Source: Basidiobolus meristosporus CBS 931.73
Taxonomy: Eukaryota > Fungi > Basidiobolomycota
Length of the DNA stretch: 64,000 nt
Direction: 5' to 3'
NCBI GenBank assembly: GCA_002104905.1
Contig: MCFE01000017.1
Location: 186,001 to 250,000 of the forward strand
The notes below the pieces were generated by a model. The model searched no databases. It saw only the letters and a program-made list of their open reading frames with translations, and was not told where the DNA came from. Positions 34,404 through 46,725 of the stretch are shown one piece after another (the first letter of the stretch is position 1; every line of letters begins with the position of its first letter). Position numbers and translations under genes: made by a program.

Positions 34404-37400
34404 TTAGTCATTTCGGCCCTTGAGCAGATCGAAATTCTTTCGGCGATACTGTGTGACAAACTCGGTGAACAAGATGCCCAGTCGTCTTTTGTGTTGGTTT
34501 TGAATGGCCCTAGCGAGGTGAAGTTTCAGTAAATTGAGGGTGAGTTTGAGGAGCCAGTTGTGAGATCTTACCCATGATACTCCGTCAAGAAAGATTCACG
34601 TTCACCGGCGCTCAATGCTTCGGGCGGGAATTGATCGATCGTTCCTACCATCCAGTTCTGATTCTCCTCGGGGTAGAGCTCACCAAGAAGTACAAAGATA
34701 TTCCCTACGTCGCCTACGAGGTCCAAAGAGAAGGTTTGAACCATTCCGATCAATAGGTATCTAACGAAATCCGCACCCAAGTCACATATGATTTTCTGGG
34801 AGAGGCCTACTACAGCTGGCTCTTTGCTGCAGGCTTTCATGAGGTCCAGAAGCTTTGTAAAGAACTCTAACACCGAAGTCAACACCCGGTGATAATCACT
34901 TCCAAATGCTGCAATGCCACAGCGGATGATGGAGGATAGCATTGGGGTTTGCAGCAGCATGTGTGGCAGTTTCGAGAGGAATGCAGTGACCAGCATGAAA
35001 TATTCTTCAGCCACTAATATGCAAGGTTGAGGTTAGGTTGATGGGCACACTAGGCCTTGAACAAAGGAAGCTTGCTCCTACCATCTGGAACGTCAGTGAA
35101 TCTCTTGTTCTGGGCAATTTTAAACATAGACTCGCTGAGGTTTTCAAGTAAGTTAAAGAGGGTTGGTCGGCTCTCGGGGACGTTTTCAGCGTACTCCTCG
35201 ATGATGATTTTAGAAATCCTCAGATAGCAGCTCAGACCGCCATTACGAAATGCGGAGGCGATTCGTTCGATACATGAAGGAAGAAGCGGGATGAAGTCTT
35301 GGCGATAGTAGACAAAACAGGGCTTAAGACAGACACAGAGTGATTCCGACACAATGGGCTCACTGCTAAATGATACCAACAGCCTCTCAAAAAGGGGCCA
35401 TAAGTCCTGGATTAGACTAGCCACCGGGCTTCTTTCACCAAAATACAGCTCTTCTGGAGCAATGTATTCTAGGAAGACCCCAATACGCTCTACCAAATCT
35501 AAGTTCAAGAAAGAGTTAGATTGCATTTAAGGCGAATCCATGGATGGGCTGAGGGTACCTGAGATTTCCGTGATATGCTCTGGGGTATACGTTCCCTTGC
35601 TCAGCAGCTCATTCAAAGCCTCCGAGATTGGGAAGCAAAAAGTTTGCACTGTGGGCAAAATGTTGCTCAAAGGCACAGCTGAGATAACATGTGCTAAGGC
35701 TTCGGTGATTTCCAACATTTCCTTCTGGGTAAGGCTTTTTGCAGCCGCCAAGTAGAATGGATGTAGTTGGGAAAGGTAATCTACAAGATGCTACAAAGTA
35801 AATTGAAGCGAAAGCATTAGAGAGTGATGGTGAAACCAATCGAGAGATAAAGAGAGCATATGCTAACCCGACTACAATCTTTACACAAGTAATTCAATGC
35901 TATTGCCGCAGCGGAGGCCACCTCAGGATGTTCGAAGCCGGCCGAGATGTAGTCAAGCTGCGACGGGATATATTCGGGATGTTCTGCTGTCCACGCAGAG
36001 AAATACGAGATCACCAGGGTAGAGGCGGTGCGTACTTTGGGATGGGAAGGGAGGTGAGGTATGAGCTTCATGATTTTAGGAACGATCACGCTTTCCGTTT
36101 CCTCCACCTGGGCGGCCATGAATTTCAGTGCCACCAGCGGTGCTTCTATATCTTGCCACTGGGCATTATCAGGGTTGGCAATATAGTTTGAAAGCAGAGT
36201 GTATGGGCGCGCCAGGCTGTTTTCCGCTCCTAGAAGATGACAGCAATCCAGTAGTACGTCGCTAATCTCTTCACGGAAGTTCATGAAGTCTTCCCGGTCC
36301 TCAGATGTCCAGTCGTCAAGGTTGTATGGATAATGTAGCTGTTTGATGATAATGTCGACAAGGGAAAAGAAAATCTCCTGGAAATCGTGCCTGGTATCCG
36401 AATCGTTGATTTGTTGAAGACGTGAGGCCAGCGAACACCAGAAGTAGAATGTCATTGGGACGGTGTCCAAATCGGGCAGATTAACGCATTCAAGGATTCC
36501 GTCAACTACATCTCGGAACCTCTCTAAATTCTCTACTATGAGTTCCAGGTAAGCTTCGCCAGCCTCGGTGAAGATGCGGCAAAATGCTTTGAGTCGGTCA
36601 CGGTCCTCGAGGTCAGTCTGTTTCATCATCTCCTTCAGCGGCTTGAAGTTTTCTCGAAGTCGGCCAATTAATGGAATACACTCTTCGGTCTCTCTAGATT
36701 CATCGATGATCTCACAAATGACGTCGACTGCGATGTCGAAAAGTTCCTCCGACTCGAGCGCCTTGAATACTAGGTCTGGCAGTGGGCTTTCATTAAAGTA
36801 AGTTACTGAGATATCTCCAGACTGCAACCAGCTGCGAAGACATGTGAAGAGCTTCACTTGGATGTCACTATCTGAGCCTGTCATCGTTGACACGGTTAGC
36901 TCGCAATCAGCTACGAAGGGGTACATCAATTATTACCAGAGTTCTGGATGCTTGTTATCAACAGTTGAAGAACATGTTCGGAATTCCCAGTTAACAGTTG
37001 TCCAGAACGTTCAATATACTCTTGTCGCTAACCAATTTTCTGCGGGTTAGTGCACGTGCTTGGGTATTACGAAGACCTGGCCTACTCACAGGCATAGGGA
37101 TTTTTTGATTTCCATTGATTTCTTCGGGGAGTACAGTTAGGAATTCGAGTAAACAGCCGGCAGTTTCTGGAGAGCCACCAAGCATTTGAATGAGTTCGTT
37201 GACTGGATCCTCCCACTCCTTAAGTTGTAGAGCTAAGGCCACTAGTGCAAGACACAGCTGAGTTTTAACCAGGTTCGGCCCTGAACGAAATTTATAGAGC
37301 AAATTTATCAAAGAGTCGCGTAGCTCAAAACATCTTGAGGTATCGAGATCCCTTAAATCGGCGACGACCTACACAGCCTTTAGAGGACGGTTTGAAGCGA

Positions 37401-37692
37401 ATAGCGCAGGTTGCGTAATATACCTTGTTTCTCAACATTTGCGCACTAAATGTATGAACCTCAACACTGTTGTTTTGCTCTCCAAGAAGCTCGGCAGCAA
37501 GGGACCATGCTTCAGGCTGGGAGGAAAGAATTTAGCTAAGCTCCAGGCGAAGTTTACAAGTAACCAACAATCGATTACCGTTTTCTGGATCTGTTGGAGC
37601 CATAAATTGGCTTCTGATTTGGAGCTGGCATTACTACTGCTAAAGAGGGTTTGTATGGCCTGAACAACCTCAGTAACCTTTGCTGCTGACAT
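34404..37692 (-). CDS. MTR10: Mtr10/transportin-SR importin-beta family karyopherin, multi-exon
   Basis: EANLWLQQIQKT, GPNLVKTQLCLALVALALQ, LLEFLTVLPEE, WQDIEAPL and a HEAT-repeat body ending QYRRKNFDLLKGRND*. Confidence 0.9.
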
Positions 37693-37908
37693 GATAGGAA
37701 CAACCAAAAGCTACAATACACAAGGGTGATTACCGCTGTGTGATGAATAAATTAAATGAAAATGTACACTCCACCATAACACGGGATGGTGATCAACATA
37801 ATATTTACTAGGTGATCAATAATTTATTCATCAAGGAAAAATTTCTGGGAACGTGTAGCAATCTCTTGGCCTAGGTTGGATCCACACCTCAAGATTATTC
37901 ATAATCAC

Positions 37909-38918
37909 TCAGCCCCGATGTAGTTTGAAGGTTGATCTGATGTCCTTTCCCGACTTCAGGTCAGCCATGCATTTGGCGTCAACAACCGAAGATATGGCGC
38001 AGATCTCAATCACCTCTTCCAGCTTCTCCAGCGGTATTACCACCACGCCATTCAGGTCTGCCACAATAATATCCGACGATTGAACAGTCACTGCTGATTC
38101 ACCGGCCCCAATCTTTACTGGTACTCTTACTCCTCCACATCGAGTAAATCCTCCGGCGCCTAGGCATGAGAGTCCACGAGCAAAAATCTAGCCGGGTTAG
38201 GCAACACAATGGTGGTTGGAGGAGGCGGAGACACTGGTGGTTACTGGCTGCATGATAACGATAGAACAGATTGATTGACATACCGGAAAATTCATCTCGC
38301 GTTGCTCCTCCAAATCTCGGAATCTTCCGTCGATGACTACTCCCTTAACACCAAGATGTTTGGCACGTGTAGTCATAAGGCCGCCCCACACGGCATTGAT
38401 AGCACCTAATAGGAATTTCGGATGAGTGCGTTGTGCCCGGTCGACTACACTGTGTGTTGAAGTGGTGAATTTTACCCGCTGGCGCACTAATAACTACTAC
38501 ACTTCCTTCAGGTGCGGTATCAACCTAACATCAACTCTGATATGAATGGTGCCCAGGAAACAACAGTGTGCTGAATACTTAGTTACGAAATGCTCTTGCG
38601 GCGTAGGAGGGGCCTGAGTATCCTTCACCGAAACCATCTACAAATTCCATTACTCTTTCAAATCCTTCCAAGGTCACAAACTAACCCACCCCTCACCTGT
38701 ACAGTATATGCCGGCCCAATAACTTTGGTCTCACCACTGAGATACTCGGGTGAATACAAACACAAATCTGGAAGAAAACAAGGCGTGTTGAGTTTGGTCA
38801 ACGCATCCCCCACCTAGGCTCAAGGTTAATACGTACATTAGGTCTGGTAAGGATTTCCAAAGCATACCTCACAGGAACCGTAGTTTTCTAACTTTAATAG
38901 TGAGTTATGGACGTCCAT
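37909..38918 (-). CDS. RraA-like protein / putative HMG aldolase, multi-exon
   Basis: AVWGGLMTTRAKHLGVKGVVIDGRFRDLEEQREMNFPV and DIIVADLNGVVVIP. Confidence 0.88.
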
Positions 38919-39285
38919 AGTGCAATATGACAATATGAAGGGTGGGGTGTATATGAAGCTGCTCTCAAAGTATGCGGCAAACTATGATTCTAGCTAGAAT
39001 ACTGATTCTATATTATGACCGGGAACTGTCGGGTGGATTCAATGTGGCTTGGCTCACACATTACAGTGATTATTTTAATATGGCGATTGAGGTGGAACAA
39101 ATTCGAGTTTAGCAATTACATCGGATGATATCCCATCCGGCTGCATACTGAAGCAATGGTGTAGTTCAGGCGCACTAATGCTCTATAAGTGAGAGTAAAA
39201 TACACGGACAGTCGGACCAACACGAAACAACTAAGCAAAGAAAGTATACATAGTCTACAAGTTCTTTCGATGAGTGGTGTGCTAT

Positions 39286-40277
39286 CTAAATGCGTCGTCT
39301 TTTCTTTGGTTCACCGGAAGCAGGCTTTAGTGGCTGCACCGGTCTGCTTGCTTCCTTCAATTTCTCACGAATGTTCAAAATGGATTGGGTGATGTGCTAT
39401 TGCATCCAAGTGTTAAGTACTATTTGATATTGGGATATCTATCACACTTACATCCACTTTCGGAACTGGCTTTATCAACATCTCGGGACTTACCAAAATA
39501 TCGAATCAATCTTGGGTGACTGGCTGAAATGAACGGTCAATAGCGAACTTACTTTGTCGCCTCAACAGTAGCTACTGTGTCCGCCTCCGGGTATAGAGCT
39601 TTTTCCGCGATCGCACCGTCAAACAAGGGATCTGGGGCTAACAAGGGGAGAGTCGATGTTAGCGCTACACTCCATAGCCGGGTTTAATTTATGAGCGTAC
39701 TGTTTGTTTTCAGGGACACTACCCTTCTACGATCTATCAGTTTCTCTCTCGTATCCTCGACAGTTTCGTACTCGGGACAGTAGCGAATTTGCAACGGTGA
39801 TCCAAAGAACACGTAGTCGTCCAGTTTACGTTTGGCCATTCTTGGATAAGCTTGTATCAGTTTTTCGTTTCTGATGAGTAATGACAACACAACAAGATAC
39901 CTTGCATCCAACAGGGATCCATATTTTATCCAGTACACATCGTAGAATTCCTCGGAGGGGTAGTCGTCCAGCAACCGATACCTAGTTTGCCACCGTGAAT
40001 ACGTTTAAGTGCTGTTCGGTGCACTGAATCAAAAAGGCGGTACTCACTCTTCAATGGATCCATACAAGGAGCAGATCTCCAGGAGTTCCTTGGTGTTTCC
40101 CAATGCGGGAACCCGTTCTATCAATAAATACCTTTTCCAGTTCAATTCAACGTTCGTAACGCGTGGTTATAAGAATAGAGTGACAAACCTTGATTCCTGA
40201 TGGACCGTATAAACTTTCACAGCCCTAATCCGGCGCCCAGCTCTGTATTTTTTTCTGACTGGCGGCTCCTGTTGCAT
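39286..40277 (-). CDS. RBM48: RBM48 orthologue (RRM protein of the activated minor spliceosome), multi-exon
   Basis: YRAGRRIRAVKVYTVHQESRY, YGSIEEYRLLDDYPSEEFYDVYWIKY, AKRKLDDYVFFGSPLQIRYCPEYETVEDTREKLIDRR and C-terminal KKRRRI*. All match the RBM48 signature as I recall it. Confidence 0.88.
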
Positions 40278-40734
40278 CGGTTTGGTGAGTGGGATTACTG
40301 GCCTTGCCAGTGTTGAACAAGGTAGGGAAATCACATGACAGACATCCACAGCAATCCCAAAAAATTCCAGCCAAATAAGGATGGGCTGTTCGGGAACAAG
40401 GTAACCAAGTAACAGTTACATAAGCAGTGGGGATATGATATTCGGCTGGGATCTGATTGGTATTACGAGCAGACTTCCAAGAGTTTCAGGCCTATAGACA
40501 ACCAAAGCTCACTCTCATTTGGCATGGCAAAAACATGACTAGGTCATCTCGTGAGGGAAGGCCAATGCCCGGCCATGGAGCGCGCTGTGTGGGGGCGGCC
40601 ATTGGCAAACGTTCGCCCAAGTTTCTGAAACAGAAGGTTGGTACACCACACAGCAAAACTTATAAAAGCCTGGATCAGATGATTGCATCAAACCAGACTG
40701 TCTTCTGCTATCTACTCTCACCATAACTACAATA

Positions 40735-41124
40735 ATGCTGTTTACATTGGCTACTCTTCTTTTGAGTTTGACCGCGGTCAAGGCTGCTTGTGATACTTTC
40801 CAAATCACCAATCCTGCTCCCTCGCCTCAAGCGCTTGTCTACCGTTCCGGTCGGCCACTTACCGTTTCCTGGGACATCGGATCATCTACTGTCAACCAAA
40901 TCACTGGCGTGAATCTTGCCTGGGCATATGCAGAGAGCGACACCTCCTCCATGGCCATTAGTAAAATCATCACCTCTCCACTGCAAGCCAGTCAACGCTC
41001 CGTCGCCCTAACACTGCCTACAAATGCTCTTCTGCAAGCATCCTATTATTATGAACTTTATGTCTCCACTGCTGAGGGACAAACGTGCTACTTCAAGACC
41101 CCCTCTTTTTACATCCGAGACTGA
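40735..41124 (+). CDS. Small secreted protein (129 aa, 2 Cys), Ig/Kre9-N-like beta-sandwich pattern
   Basis: Signal peptide MLFTLATLLLSLTAVKA, FQITNP...YRSGRPLTVSW motif, intronless. Confidence 0.65.
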   Translation: MLFTLATLLLSLTAVKAACDTFQITNPAPSPQALVYRSGRPLTVSWDIGSSTVNQITGVNLAWAYAESDTSSMAISKIITSPLQASQRSVALTLPTNALLQASYYYELYVSTAEGQTCYFKTPSFYIRD

Positions 41125-41371
41125 TGCTCTCTTCCCATTCTTTGTATATTCTTCCGGCATTCCCTCATCAGATTCCCAGCACTCTTCATTTTGATCAAGA
41201 ACATTAAAGATTCCACTTCTACTCTGATATCGAGTGTATTGATAACATTGATCATTGGTAACCTTTTTTTCATAGAGCACTGTTGTGAGATCAATACTAA
41301 ACAGAAATACTATACTAAATATCTGACAAATAGGCTAGCTTCTGTTGCAAATAATCAGTTTATACCTAAAC

Positions 41372-41705
41372 TGTTGTAAGAGTTTTGGAGATATTGGAAG
41401 TGATTAGGAGAACATGTAGGTTATGTGGTTTTCACTTAATGATTTATTGAATGTAAAAGTAGTATTTATACTTCTACACGGTCTTGACAGAAAAAACACG
41501 TAGAGCATATTTTAATGGTCCCGAGAGCATATGTGCAAAGTTTGGGCTGTTTTGACAACTTAACAATTTTTCATGTTCTGGGTACCCAATATTTTGCTGT
41601 AATATTTGAAGTAATTTGGCCAGAAATCATTAAGACTTGTATACTACGATCTAAGTGGCCAAGTCAAGTGAAAATTTAGGTACAGAGTTTATAATACTTG
41701 ACAGC
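41372..41705 (-). mobile_element. Solo LTR of the copia family at 62706, degenerate
   Basis: Starts TGTTGTAAGAG on the + strand and aligns with the reverse complement of 62706-63055. Confidence 0.85.
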
Positions 41706-41728
41706 TACACTGTATTCTCTGCATGTCT

Positions 41729-42050
41729 TGTTGTGAGAGTCTTGGTGATATTTGAGGTGATTGGGAGAACAGATAGATTATATGATTTTCATCTAATGAC
41801 TTGGTAAGTTAAAAGAGGTATTTATGCTTGACATAGCTTTGACACTAAAAATTCATACAGTATATTTAGGAAGGTTCTAAGAGTATGTATGCAGCATTTT
41901 TGGGCTTTTGACTAGCATCAAGAATTTTTATATACTGCATACTTAACAATTTGGTGAAAGTACTCTAAGTAGATCCCAACAAGGAACTTGGGCAAGAAAT
42001 ACTAAGGCCCATACACTTTAATATCAGTGACTAGGTGTACTTATCAAACT
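41729..42050 (-). mobile_element. Solo LTR of the same family, strongly degenerate
   Basis: TGTTGTGAGAGTCTTGGTGATATTTGAGGTGATTGGGAGAAC matches the LTR end, with weaker similarity further on. Confidence 0.7.
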
Positions 42051-42062
42051 TATATCATTCTT

Positions 42063-42410
42063 TGTTGTAAGAGTCTTGAAGATATTGGAAGTGTTTGGGA
42101 GAACAAGTAGATTATGTGGCTTTTACTTAATGATTTATTGAATGTAAATTAGAATTTATACTTCTACTTGGTCTTGGAATAACAAGAGCATATAATATGT
42201 TTAAGAAGGACCCAAGAACATGTGTGCAAAGTTTGGGGCTGTTTGGACAGCTTTGAGAATTTTCATGTTCTAGGTGCCTGATATTTTGGTGAAAATATTC
42301 CAAGTAAATCCCGACAAGGAATTTGGTCAGTATTCTCTAAGATTTGTAGGTAATGATCCAAGTGACTAAGTTAAGTGAATATTTAGATGGTATTCCAAAT
42401 TTTTACAGCA
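42063..42410 (-). mobile_element. Solo LTR of the same family, full length (348 bp)
   Basis: TGTTG...CAGCA, colinear with the reverse complement of 62706-63055. Flanks TTCTT / TTTTT may be a decayed 5-bp TSD. Confidence 0.9.
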
Positions 42411-44469
42411 TTTTTAACATAAGCTATTGGAAACTCAATTGATTCTTGTAATTGGCTAGTGGACTTGAAATTAATATCAAATCATCCCAAGCCAATCTTC
42501 ACAAACAGGGGAGAAACTGCACTTCCACAAAAGTTTGCTTGCAGACTTATCTAGTGGGCAATTACGTACACTTGAAGGTCTAATTGTTTAGCTTAGGCTG
42601 CTGTTAATAGTGGTCATTGTATCTTTATTCTATTTTCATACTATATCTACAGGTTGGAGATGGTTATCAGATATTTTTCTCGATTCTGAGGGATTTTGGG
42701 AGTAATCAAGAGTCAATAAGCATTGGACATATCTTTCCATGACCTTCCTCAGCACATTACAAAATTGCAAATCAATTCCTACCGTAGTGTCAATATATTA
42801 ACTCATCCGTAATAGCGCTGGATGGTTTGTTTCATTGATTCTGTCAAAATACAATCAATCATATATAAAATTCAACTTGGGCTTTAACTTTCGAAAAAAG
42901 TGGGCTTTAAGATGATATTGAGTTACTGAATGAAATGTATCCTCATCATGCACAAAATATGGAACCTAGCCACTGGTCTTCTAGCAAGTTATTAGCAATC
43001 CAAAATGTTTGAGACGATTGGGCGTTGCTGAGGCATGATATGTACTTGCTGCTTTATCAGTCTATAATAGCCGTATATATTGTAGAGTGTCATAAAGCCA
43101 CTTGGTTGTTTTTTGATATTTCCACCATTCTGAGGAGAAAGAATACCGATACTTGCTGTTGTAAAATCCACATGAATGGATTGGAAATCGTTTTAAGCAT
43201 AGTAGAAAATACCAGACTTCATGATATAACTACTGAAGGTAAAGTACTTTTCAGTAATTCCATAACCCCTCAAAATTGATCAATTTTCAACAAATCAACA
43301 GGTTATTAAATTGTAAGATCGGAATAATTATTTGCAACAGAGTTTACCAAAATATGGATGGAAAATTGCCATGAAAACAAATCGATGGCTGAATCCAATG
43401 TTACGAAACATGGGCTAAAATTGATTTCAAACTAAATTCGTGATTTGGTAATTAAAAACAAAATATGGGTTAAATTACATTGACTAGAACAGCTTTGCAT
43501 AATAACCGCCGATACTTCAAAGGGGGCTCATTGAAGCAGTCACTTTGAACTTATGATATGATCAGGAATTGGTGATCTTACGCAGTGAATACCTGGTAAT
43601 ATCAAAATTAAATGTAACTCGATGCTATAGAAAACACTCTGGTGGATGTGGGCAAGGGTGTTAGTATATCCGTCGGGTTTCGTTTGGACGTATGAAATCG
43701 CGATAGTGTGTCACTACATTTAGTCAAATCGGTGTGGCTTGAAAGTTCTCCAAGATCCGTTGAAGGAGGACTAGTTCCGCTACGCTGCATCGTCGAAAGT
43801 GGATTAGGAATAAGGAAGTCGCAGTCCAAGCATTCCTCACCAATGTTGGAGTTGCCGTGTGAGATCTTATGATAGTTCCAAGTTGTAGAAATGATATTAG
43901 ATGGGATATCAAGTTCCAAAGCAATCTAGAGCGTGGTAGTCTAAAGGACTAATCAGACCAGGTGGATCTGAGGGGTTTGAAATACCCAAATCAGGTTAAG
44001 CTAGCTCATTGGCAGACTGTGCCAGTGGCCACTACAAAGTACCAGCCATCAACCTCTTTCTAAGTGCCGACTACCGTGCGAGTTACCGGTAATGGTCCCA
44101 CTCCAATGTAACCCAGACATCTCCAAATGAACAGAAAATGGAAAGGTAGAGTCAAGGGAGCATTGGTTGGCCCATTCAAATAGGCAATCAGACTTCGAAC
44201 AGATAGCGCATTTGTATGAGAATAGATAATGAAAACTAACAACGAATTGGATCATTTGAGATACTACAATGGCTTTCCCACTGCTACATTAGAAATCATC
44301 CCGCCTATTGACACCATACCTTATGTGGGAATAGATTTGCAAGCTGAATTTGACTTCAAAGTGATTCCCAGTGAGGTATTCGAAATCCAATACTATAACA
44401 CAGCCATGTTGAGTCAATCAAAACATTTATTTAAAGTACGAACAGAATACCAGTCAGTTCGTATTCACT

Positions 44470-45204
44470 TCAGGCCCAAGTGCACACCACACTTCCGTGA
44501 TCATCTTTGCATACGGTACCTTGGGCGCATTGCTCACGTTCAACGATGCCATCAGCACATACTTCAAAATCCGCAGAGAGACCAGGTTCGATGCATCTGC
44601 TTTGGAATTTACAGAAGGAGGGTGCCGTGGGAGTAGAGGTGGTGGTAGAGGTAGCTGTAGGGCTGGTCAATTGAGCTTGCTCACTTGTGCTAGGAGATGG
44701 GTGAACACTAGACCTCAGCTCGGAATTTGATTGATTAACGTTGATGAGCTGGTTATTACCTTCACCATCGCTCTCACCATCACATGGCACATAGTTCCAG
44801 GTGATATGGACACGGCCTTGCACAAGTTCAGCAATGTGCTCAAATGCTGAGGGGCTAAGGTCAAGTGAGCCTTCTTTGCAAGATGGGCATGTATCGACAA
44901 TCTGCACCTTGACACTCCCCTTGGGACCATGAACCATGGCACATTTAAAGCATGCTGGACTATCACTGGGATTAGCGTACTCGCCAAATTGTGGCGCGTT
45001 CATGGCAGCAATCAACTGACTAGATGTGGATACGATCCCACAGGAGCCCAGCCCTGGGGCGAAGTATGTGCCATCTCCGGAGAACGACTCGCGCTTACTG
45101 AAGAGAAGACCAGCTTCGGCATGAACAGGAGCAGCGGTTACCTTGGAAGCGAGGAAGCAGACAGCCAATGTGGCGGTGGAAGCAAGGATTCGGAGAGCGG
45201 TCAT
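44470..45204 (-). CDS. Secreted expansin/loosenin-like DPBB (RlpA-like) protein with S/T linker and CBM19-like module, paralog 1
   Basis: Signal peptide, KR (Kex2) site, FSGDGTYFAPGLGSCG, IAAMNAPQF, VQIVDTCPSC, GSLDLSPSAF, C-terminal CAQGTVC..CTWA. Confidence 0.88.
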   Translation of the reverse strand: MTALRILASTATLAVCFLASKVTAAPVHAEAGLLFSKRESFSGDGTYFAPGLGSCGIVSTSSQLIAAMNAPQFGEYANPSDSPACFKCAMVHGPKGSVKVQIVDTCPSCKEGSLDLSPSAFEHIAELVQGRVHITWNYVPCDGESDGEGNNQLINVNQSNSELRSSVHPSPSTSEQAQLTSPTATSTTTSTPTAPSFCKFQSRCIEPGLSADFEVCADGIVEREQCAQGTVCKDDHGSVVCTWA

Positions 45205-45906
45205 GATAGCGATAGGTTAAAATAAGGTGACTTTTCTTTTGATAGGGTTTGGAAAACTAGTGATAATGAGTGTTAAGGTACAAGACATCTCTAGTCTTTA
45301 TAGTCCAACGCATCACATACAAGCGAATCTTGCTGGTCAGTACCCGACTCACTTGCTCCCAATTTTGACTTGCGTTGGACCCAGTGACGTGCCCAAAACG
45401 CCTCCTCTGAAGCCCGTATAACTACTAAAAGAATATATTTAAGGGACCCATCTTTGCTAGCCTCACCACCATATAATAGATTACTTTATACAAGGTAGAG
45501 TACATTCATGAATACAATAAAAGAGTAAACCAGCCTTAACGATCGATTCGATGATCAGAAGATTCCCTTGGAATGCCGACCCAAAAATAAACCGGCAAGC
45601 ATCGAAGTTAAGCATAGGCTATACGTGCAAATAAGACGAATTCCCGCCACCAAATTTGGACCCAGGACTTGCTCAACCAAAGAAAAAAATTGACGAATTT
45701 CGTTGGACTGGAGTTTCCATTTGGATAACTAGTTGTGATGAGAATTGCCTTTTTTGTCCTAGTCGGGACATTGCCTAGAATCCCCAAGGACCTGACCCGC
45801 ATTTATGTTCACCAAAGATCTAACCAGCATATCATAGGATATTAAAGCATTTATTGATATAGAAATAATTATTAGGGGGAATAGTCAATGATATAGCGAA
45901 GTTGGT

Positions 45907-46725
45907 TTAAGCCCAAGTACAAATGATGTCTCCGGCATCGTTCTTACACACTGTGCCTTCAGCGCACACCTGTTGATCGATCTCTCCGTTGATACATGTT
46001 TCGAAAGCACCAGTTAGTCCAGGATTAACACAGCGTCTCTCGAAATGACAGCTGGAGGATTCGAGCAGCGTGCTCTCATTTTGACTGATTTTGTTTGAAG
46101 GTACAAGTACTGGTGTTACTTTCTTCACCTCAGTCTGAGTAGCTTGCTGTATGGTTTTGGTTACCTTCTCTACCTTAGTCTGAGTAGTTTGGTGGGTAGG
46201 TTTAGGATGCTTATTTACGACCTTGGTTACTTTGGGTGTGGACTTTTTGATTGTGACACTTGGGGCATGGCTTACAGTGCTAGTAGAACTACTCTCCCCG
46301 TTGCAGGGTACGTAGCTCCAATCGATATGAACACGACCCTGCGCAAGGTCAGCAATGTGCTCAAATGCAGCAGGGCTAAGGTCAAGCGAACCTTCTTTGC
46401 AAGATGGGCATTTATCGACAATCTGTACCTTGACACTCCCCTTGGGGCCATGAATCATGGCACATTTAAAGCATACTGGACTATGACTGGGATTAGCGTA
46501 CTCGCCAAATTGTGGCGCGTTCATGGCAGCAATCAACTGACTAGATGTGGATACGATCCCACAGGAGCCCAGCCCTGGGGCGAAGTATGTGCCATCTCCG
46601 GAGAACGACTCGCGCTTACTGAAGAGAAGACCAGCTTCGGCATGAACAGGAGCAGCGGTTACCTTGGAAGCGAGGAAGCAAACAGTCAAGGTAGCGACGG
46701 AAGTAACAAATCTGAGACCAGTCAT
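45907..46725 (-). CDS. Secreted DPBB-CBM19 protein, paralog 2 (K/T/V-rich linker)
   Basis: Same architecture as paralog 1: GDGTYF, VDKCPSC, LDLSPAAF, C-terminal CAEGTVC..CTWA. Confidence 0.88.
   Translation of the reverse strand: MTGLRFVTSVATLTVCFLASKVTAAPVHAEAGLLFSKRESFSGDGTYFAPGLGSCGIVSTSSQLIAAMNAPQFGEYANPSHSPVCFKCAMIHGPKGSVKVQIVDKCPSCKEGSLDLSPAAFEHIADLAQGRVHIDWSYVPCNGESSSTSTVSHAPSVTIKKSTPKVTKVVNKHPKPTHQTTQTKVEKVTKTIQQATQTEVKKVTPVLVPSNKISQNESTLLESSSCHFERRCVNPGLTGAFETCINGEIDQQVCAEGTVCKNDAGDIICTWA

Noticed and set aside
41372-42410. RIP-like mutation of the solo LTRs
   Set aside because: Several G-to-A changes occur but in mixed dinucleotide contexts. No clear CpA bias is visible by eye.
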